This document shows positions 34,765-40,984 of a DNA stretch of 40,984 bases, in pieces. The notes under the pieces are model-generated. The model saw only the letters and a program-made list of their open reading frames with translations, had not been told where the DNA came from and did no database searches. The position numbers were made by a program, and so were the translations under genes. The DNA comes from Octopus bimaculoides (lineage: Eukaryota): positions 2,660,062 through 2,701,045 of the forward strand of contig NC_069001.1 of the NCBI RefSeq assembly GCF_001194135.2, in the 5' to 3' direction. Position 1 is the first letter of the stretch, and each line of letters begins with the position of its first letter.

Positions 34765-34958
34765 ATTTTTTTTTACAGGTTTTTACCGTTCCAGTGATGG
34801 ATTGGATCTGTAGTCTTCAAATTTGCTTTCTCCTTTCTGGTTTTGAGAAGCCTAATTTCTCAAGATTGGTATTTAAGGCAGTGTGTTACATATCCCAGTG
34901 CCCCAATAATTACAGGTATAAACCTGAACTTGTAGTCTGGATAGAGTAACTGCAGATT
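34765..34958 (-). mobile_element. 3' end of a restriction-like-endonuclease non-LTR retrotransposon (R4/Dong-like)
   Basis: The minus strand reads NLQLLYPDYKFRFIPVIIGALGYVTHCL, a frameshift, then NTNLEKLGFSKPERRKQI*RLQIQSITGTVKTCK. PxIIGALG follows the REL domain in these clades. Confidence 0.7.
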
Positions 34959-34981
34959 GTATGTATGTATGTATGTATGTA

Positions 34982-35023
<42 letters not shown>

Positions 35024-35568
35024 GATGGATGGATAGGTAGATATATATATATATATATAGGATGAATTAAATGTGTGGCGAAATATATTTAACATACTCG
35101 CAAATTTGAATGTGGCGTTTGTGCCTGTGTGTACTTTATGTGTGGGTATGTGTATATGTGTATATATATATGTGTGTGTGTGTGTGTATATTTGTGTATT
35201 GTGTGTGTATGTGTGTATTTGTGTATTGTGTGTGTATGTGTGTATTTGTGCGTGCGTGTGTGGTTTCTTTAGACACAGGTTAACGCACGTACATACACAT
35301 ACATACGTACACAGGAACAGGTACACAAACTGACATAACCTCAGAAATTTGGACGCACAACAACAAAAGACTTTTTTTTTGAAAGACATGGAGATGACAC
35401 AAACTAAACCTCACCTCCACCCCTCATACACACACGCGTGCACACACACACACACCTATATATATCCATATATATATAGTGACAGGTACACAATTAATCT
35501 ATGCACGTGTTTATAGCGAGAAAGTGTCTAGCCAGGTGTATATAATATACATACATACTTCCCTTTAC

Positions 35569-35761
35569 CTCCGCCAGTCGTCTTTGTTATCTGAACAGAA
35601 GAAACGGTTGAGAGACGTTTAGAGTTTTCATAACAGAAGTCGGGGTGGGGAAGGGGTGACGGCCATAGCGGTGGTGTCGGCGCTAGTGGTAGCAGTGGTG
35701 GGGATGATGTTGGTGCCAGTGGGGATGCTTGTTTCGGTGGAGATAATGATGTGAGTAGTGC

Positions 35762-35803
<42 letters not shown>

Positions 35804-36089
35804 AGTGGTGGTGGTGGTGGTGGTGGTGGTGGTGGCGGTAATAGTTGTGCTTGTATTAGTGGTGGTGGTTGTGATGATGATAACGGTGGTGGTGGTGGTA
35901 GTGGTGGTGGTGGTGGTACTTGTCGGGCTTTCGTGTAGATGATGGTGGTAGTAGTGGTGGTGGTGGCGATGGTGTTGATGCTGATGATGGTGATGGTTGC
36001 CGTCGTAATCATGGACGTGAAGACGGTGGTGGTGCTGGTGGTGTTGGTGGGGTGGGTGTTGGGAGGTTGTCGTGGTGATGGCCGTTCCC
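35569..36089 (-). CDS. Candidate His/Thr/Pro-rich exon (alternatively a 22-nt microexon at 35569-35590)
   Basis: Acceptor TCTTGTGTCTATACAG, donor GGAG|GTAAAG and a 521-bp stop-free frame ending PDFCYENSKRLSTVSSVQITKTTGG. An internal strong acceptor CCGTTTCTTCTGTTCAG lies at 35591. Most of the segment is trinucleotide repeat, so openness is weak evidence. Confidence 0.2.
35660..36080. repeat. GGT/AGT/GAT trinucleotide low-complexity tract
   Basis: Direct reading. Confidence 0.9.
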
Positions 36090-36539
36090 CTGTATAGACA
36101 CAAGATTCATATTTATCACAACACACAGACTTTCAAATATTACACGCTCAAACAAACACACACATACACACACATACATACACTCACATACATATACACA
36201 ATAGACACAAATTCACACGCACCCGACATCCAAAGGCACTTACATTTGAGAAGAGACAATCATGTATATGCAGACCCCACGCTTAAACATGCTTATGCAC
36301 AAATGCGCATGCGTAGATATAATAGTTTCACATGTCACAGAGACACGAATAGCTTTAAAGTTATGCACTCGTTCAGCCAGGTTTAGGGCCAATCCCTATA
36401 AATAGATAAAACGAATAGGTAAAGACCACCTCATTGAATTTTGAGACGGGGTAAAGAGCTTCCGAGACAGTCTTATTCCGTTATTCACAATTTCTCTCGG
36501 TGGTGGTGACAAACTCGAACACACACACACATTGGACCT

Positions 36540-36690
36540 ATATCAGTTTCTGTCAACCAAATCCACTGACAAGCCTCTGTTGGGCTCCAGGCTATAGTAG
36601 AAGATACTTGTCCAAGATGCCACGCAGTGAGACTGAACCCGGAACCATGTGGTTGGGAATCGAACCCCTTACTACACAGCCAACCTGGGC
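36540..36690 (-). mobile_element. SINE family A, 5' part
   Basis: CAACCAAATCCACTGACAAGCC..GGCTATAGTAGAAGATACTTGTCCAAGATGCCACGCAGTGAGACTGAACCCGGAACCATGTGGTTGGGAA. Confidence 0.85.
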
Positions 36691-37907
36691 TTCAGCTTGG
36701 TATTCTTTTATTGCAACAGTTACATATGCTTCAGTATTCGGTAATAAATGATGTCACACAAGAGATGCAATGCTTAGATGCACCTCTTAGTTCTCGTCTG
36801 GGATCGGATCTTTCTGATTTGACGGGCAACACTTGTTTTCTTAACGAAACACTTTCAAACTTGGGACACTGGTAGAATGTGTCATATAAAACATCTTTTT
36901 CTCTTAGCTTTCTTAACAAAAAATTGTACATCGCAAGTTATTTCATGTTAAAGTTGTCGTGTTCCTGCCTTGATTCTGTAAGCTACACAAATGGGGTGCA
37001 TCTGCGTTGTGTTTATAGTAGGACACCGTGAGTTACCAAATACTGGAAAATATGCAACAGATGAAATACAGTGACACCAAATTCAGGCAAACGTTCTTTT
37101 CTTTCGTTATTGATATAAACTTTATATTATGCTATAGCCTTCCCCAGAGCGAAATAGAACCGTATGGGATCACGCAACGGTTGGACGTTTAAGGCAATTA
37201 CCAATAAGAGCCAAAACCTGAACGGTAAAATTATAGCACACTGAGCACATCTACTCTTAATGTGTGTGTGTGTGTGTGCATACACATACACACACGCACA
37301 CACATACATATATATACATATATACATATTCCTGCTACATGCTAAACTTCTGGAATCTTTTACACGCTTTCCACGGTATCGGTAATGGTTTCTAATTGTA
37401 ATTCCTTAATTAGCCAGGCCCCTTCTGATTTCCAAAATTGGTGCGGAGGCAGTTAGCTACATATCTAAGTGCATGTACGTGTATGCGCGTGTGTGTGTGT
37501 TTGTGTATGTTTGTATGCATGAATGCATGCGTGAATGTGTAGATTGGTGTGTATGTACAGATGCACGCATGTATATATATATATATATATATATNNNNNN
37601 NNNNNNNNNNNNNNNNNNNNNNNNNNNNNNNNNNNNNNNNNNNNNNNNNNNNNNNNNNNNNNNNNNNNNNNNNNNNNNNNNNNNNNNNNNNNNNNNNNNN
37701 NNNNNNNNNNNNNNNNNNNNNNNNNNNNNNNNNNNNNNNNNATATATATATATATATAAGTAATATATGTGTGTAGGTATTTATGTATGTGTGTATGTAT
37801 TCTTGGTTTAATTTTCGAATTTCTCGCCAATGGAGAATCGAGCATAGAATCAAGAATCTCTGGAATTTAGCTACCAAAAAACAAAGTTAGTCTGTAAAGT
37901 ATTATAG

Positions 37908-38010
37908 GTGCAGGCGTGGATATATGGTGAGAAATTTGCTTCTCAACCACATGGTCCCGGGGTCGGCCCCACTGCGTGGCACCTTGTGTAGTATCTTCTG
38001 CATTAACCTC
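37908..38010 (+). mobile_element. SINE family A head
   Basis: GGTGCAGGCGTGG..TTTGCTTCTCAACCACATGGTCCCGGGGTCGGCCCCACTGCGTGGCACCTTG. Confidence 0.8.
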
Positions 38011-38874
38011 CGGCTTAATGACATCACGTACCTGGATCGAACTGGGGGCAATAAGCCACAAAAATTGCGAAATATCAATATCCATAACTCCTGGATGGGA
38101 CTGAAGGCGAACCTGTCTGTGGCTTTCAGGTATTTTTACACTGAATACTATAAGGGAGTCGTCCCCAATGCGATAAATGAATAAATAAAATAAACAGCAA
38201 TATGACCATTAAAGCCGGAAAAATTCGTCATTACGAACAGAATGAAACGCTTTTATTTGACTTGTAGAAACAAAGAATTAAAAACCAACAAATAAAATAC
38301 GGAATCCGTTCGTGATCTGGGCGAAATAATGTCTGCTGTAGATGCATCATTTTCAAAACACTTCCAAAAGCTGTCAACTACTTACTAAGAAAGTGAAAGA
38401 TTCAGTGTCTGGGTAGCGAGAATTTTCGTTTACCAGAAATTCAATACGTCATGTCAAATTTTTTAGGAATCACGTATCTTGAGCAGAGGTTAGTGATTAC
38501 TGCTCACATCTCTGGTCTCTCGGCAGCCCAGGCCTTATCAAACGACTGGGGAAAAGTATAAGAGATCATTCACGAAGCATGAATAACCGCAAATAACCCA
38601 AGTCACAGACCTGAACTATCTTGAAATGTCTGTAACCATTATGTGGTTTCTCTCTCGGGAACGCCGACGTCAATGTATGTATGTATGTATGTATGTATGT
38701 ATNNNNNNNNNNTGGGGGTGAAGATATATATACACACACACACACACACAAACGTGCGCCATGCATGTATGATGTCTAATGTTAAAAATATCCTACACAA
38801 GTCGGAAGATACGGAACAAAAAGAAAAAATATTCTTACTATAAGCACAACGCCAGAAGTTTTGTGGGAGATTGC

Positions 38875-39035
38875 TAGTCGATTCCATTGACCCCCGCCAG
38901 TACCCAACTGGGGCTTATTTTATCGACCCAGAAATGATAAAAGGCAAAGTCGAACTTGCAGGAATTTGAACTAAGAAACGATGTAACCGGAAGAAATAAC
39001 GCCATGTATTAACAACTCTGCTGCTTGGCCACATT
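38875..39035 (-). mobile_element. SINE family D, decayed
   Basis: TTTATCGACCCAGAAATGATAAAAGGCAAAGTCGAACTTGCAGGAATTTGAACT. Confidence 0.75.
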
Positions 39036-39103
39036 AATATGGAGGAATCAGAATAGAAATACGTGGCAGTTAATTCCAAAGTGTATTTTTATCATCAAAT
39101 CCT

Positions 39104-39265
39104 AAGGTGGCGGCGACCTGGCAGAAACGTTAGCACGCCGGGCGAAGAGCTTATCCGAATTTCGTCTGCCGTTACGTTCTGAGTTCAAATTCCGCCGAGA
39201 TCGACTTTGTCTTTCATCCTTTCGGAGTCGATAAATTAAGTACCAGTTACGCACTGGGGTCGATA
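39104..39265 (+). mobile_element. SINE family D, young, 3' truncated
   Basis: GGCGACCTGGCAGAAACGTTAGCACGCCGGGCGAA..GAGTTCAAATTCCGCCGAGATCGACTTTGTCTTTCATCCTTTCGGAGTCGATAAATTAAGTACC. Confidence 0.9.
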
Positions 39266-39936
39266 TAAAGTGGTAAAGTTCTCCATTTGTACTTCAGTTT
39301 CCAGCTGAGAGTTATCCAGGCAAGTCTCAGAAACGACGAAGAAAGGAACGTGATGAAGGTGGTCGGCGACTTAATTTTCAATGAATCGAATCTTCCATTT
39401 TTTTTTTTTGCATTGACGGATGAACTGATGTTTTGCGCATTGAGCAAGCGTGTTAAGACTGAAGTAGTGACTTCANNNNNNNNNNNNNNNNNNNNNNNNN
39501 NNNNNNNNNNNNNNNNNNNNNNNNNNNNNNNNNNNNNNNNNNNNNNNNNNNNNNNNNNNNNNNNNNNNNNNNNNNNNNNNNNNNNNNNNNNNNNNNNNNN
39601 NNNNNNNNNNNNNNNNNNNNNNNNNNNNNNNNNNNNNNNNNNNNNNNNNNNNNNNNNNNNNNNNNNNNNNNNNNNNNNNNNNNNNNNNNNNNNNNNNNNN
39701 NNNNNNNNNNNNNNNNNNNNNNNNNNNNNNNNNNNNNNNNNNNNNNNNNNNNNNNNNNNNNNNNNNNNNNNNNNNNNNNNNNNNNNNNNNNNNNNNNNNN
39801 NNNNNNNNNNNNNNNNNNNNNNNNNNNNNNNNNNNNNNNNNNNNNNNNNNNNNNNNNNNNNNNNNNNNNNNNNNNNNNNNNNNNNNNNNNNNNNNNNNNN
39901 NNNNNNNNNNNNCTTGGTCAGCCTACGCACTCACAC

Positions 39937-39983
<47 letters not shown>

Positions 39984-40147
39984 ATAATATTAGGGACAAA
40001 ATCCAAAATTACAGGTAAAAACTCAATTCAAATCAATTTATAAAAAATTAAAATATATAGTTTCTATATGTGATAGTGGATTTTCATCGATGAGTTCTTG
40101 AAACTTGGTTCTTTCCCCTTAAACTATATATATATATATATATATAC

Positions 40148-40500
40148 TCACAAGGCATTGGTTGGCCCGAGGCTATAGAAAAAAACATTTGCTCAAGGTG
40201 TCACACAGTGGGACTGAAACCGGAACCATATGATTCGGAAGCAAGCTTTTTACCACATAGCCACGCCTGCGCCTATATGTACATATATGTGTCTTTGTGT
40301 ATGTTAATCGTCCACACACCACCACCACCAACAACAACAACAACACTTGACAACCGGTGTTGGTGTGTTTGCTTTCCCGTAACTGGCTTAGCAAAAATGA
40401 GTGCTGGGGGTCGATCCGTTCGACTAGAAATTATCCAAAGCGGTGCCCCCAGCATGACCGCAGTCCAATGGTTGAAACAAATTAAAGATAAAAGATTACA
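40148..40500 (+). mobile_element. SINE family A with inverted 5' head
   Basis: The head lies on the minus strand (40148-40272). It is followed directly by the microsatellite, body and tail on the plus strand (40273-40500). Confidence 0.7.
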
Positions 40501-40764
40501 GATGGAAGATATATGTATGTATCCTTGAATGTGATTTCGTGTGTCGTTGGGCGTGAAGAGCGTTGCTATATGCAAATGAGGTACTTCGGACTCCTCCCAC
40601 CGCCCGTTGACACTGCAACGAAGTAGGATCGACGTCGCTCCAGGCTTGCTTTTTGTAGATTGTAATAAAATCGTTTTCCTCACGTTTAAAACAATGTCTA
40701 TGTAACAAGATAGACACACACACACGCGTACATATGTACATGCTGATACGTACATTTACAGAAT

Positions 40765-40806
<42 letters not shown>

Positions 40807-40984
40807 CACTCCCATATAGCTTTTCATTTATCGTCTTTCCCACCTGCCTCTTTGTGTATTGCAAACACACACGTGTGTGTGTATTCGTGTATAAATATAT
40901 GCACAAGCATACTCCCCGACTCTCTCGTTCGCACAGAAAACACATTCTCATGGATATACAGTATGTATATGTATGTATGTATGT

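Noticed and set aside
36815-36970. Segment that looks like a dispersed MITE-type repeat
   Set aside because: It is single-copy in this window with no TIR or TSD visible, so it cannot be supported from the sequence alone.

Overview
Eukaryotic, AT-rich draft-assembly DNA that is dense in microsatellites, with 13 N-gaps totalling about 5.2 kb. The repeat families look like those of an octopus (coleoid cephalopod) genome; this is recognition from memory, not a database result. No recognisable intact protein-coding gene, structural RNA gene or CRISPR array is present, and nearly every ORF in the track is a microsatellite or gap artefact. The window contains: (i) five SINE-like families (working labels A-E; Pol III A/B boxes are visible in A, C and D); (ii) decayed LINE ends of CR1-group, RTE and R4/Dong-like (REL endonuclease) type; (iii) DNA transposon relics, namely a Tigger/pogo 5' part, two DD37D/maT-like mariner 3' parts, hAT MITEs (one with a perfect 8-bp TSD nested inside a mariner) and a piggyBac-like end. 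Most interesting signals: a CpG-depleted domain at about 3.2-28.5 kb flanked by CpG-retaining DNA, which suggests a methylated gene body; a SINE and its probable partner LINE sharing a 3' tail inside this window; a possible bipartite RTE derivative; a degenerate hammerhead-like motif; several strong hairpins; two internally inverted SINEs; and a few low-confidence minus-strand exon candidates.
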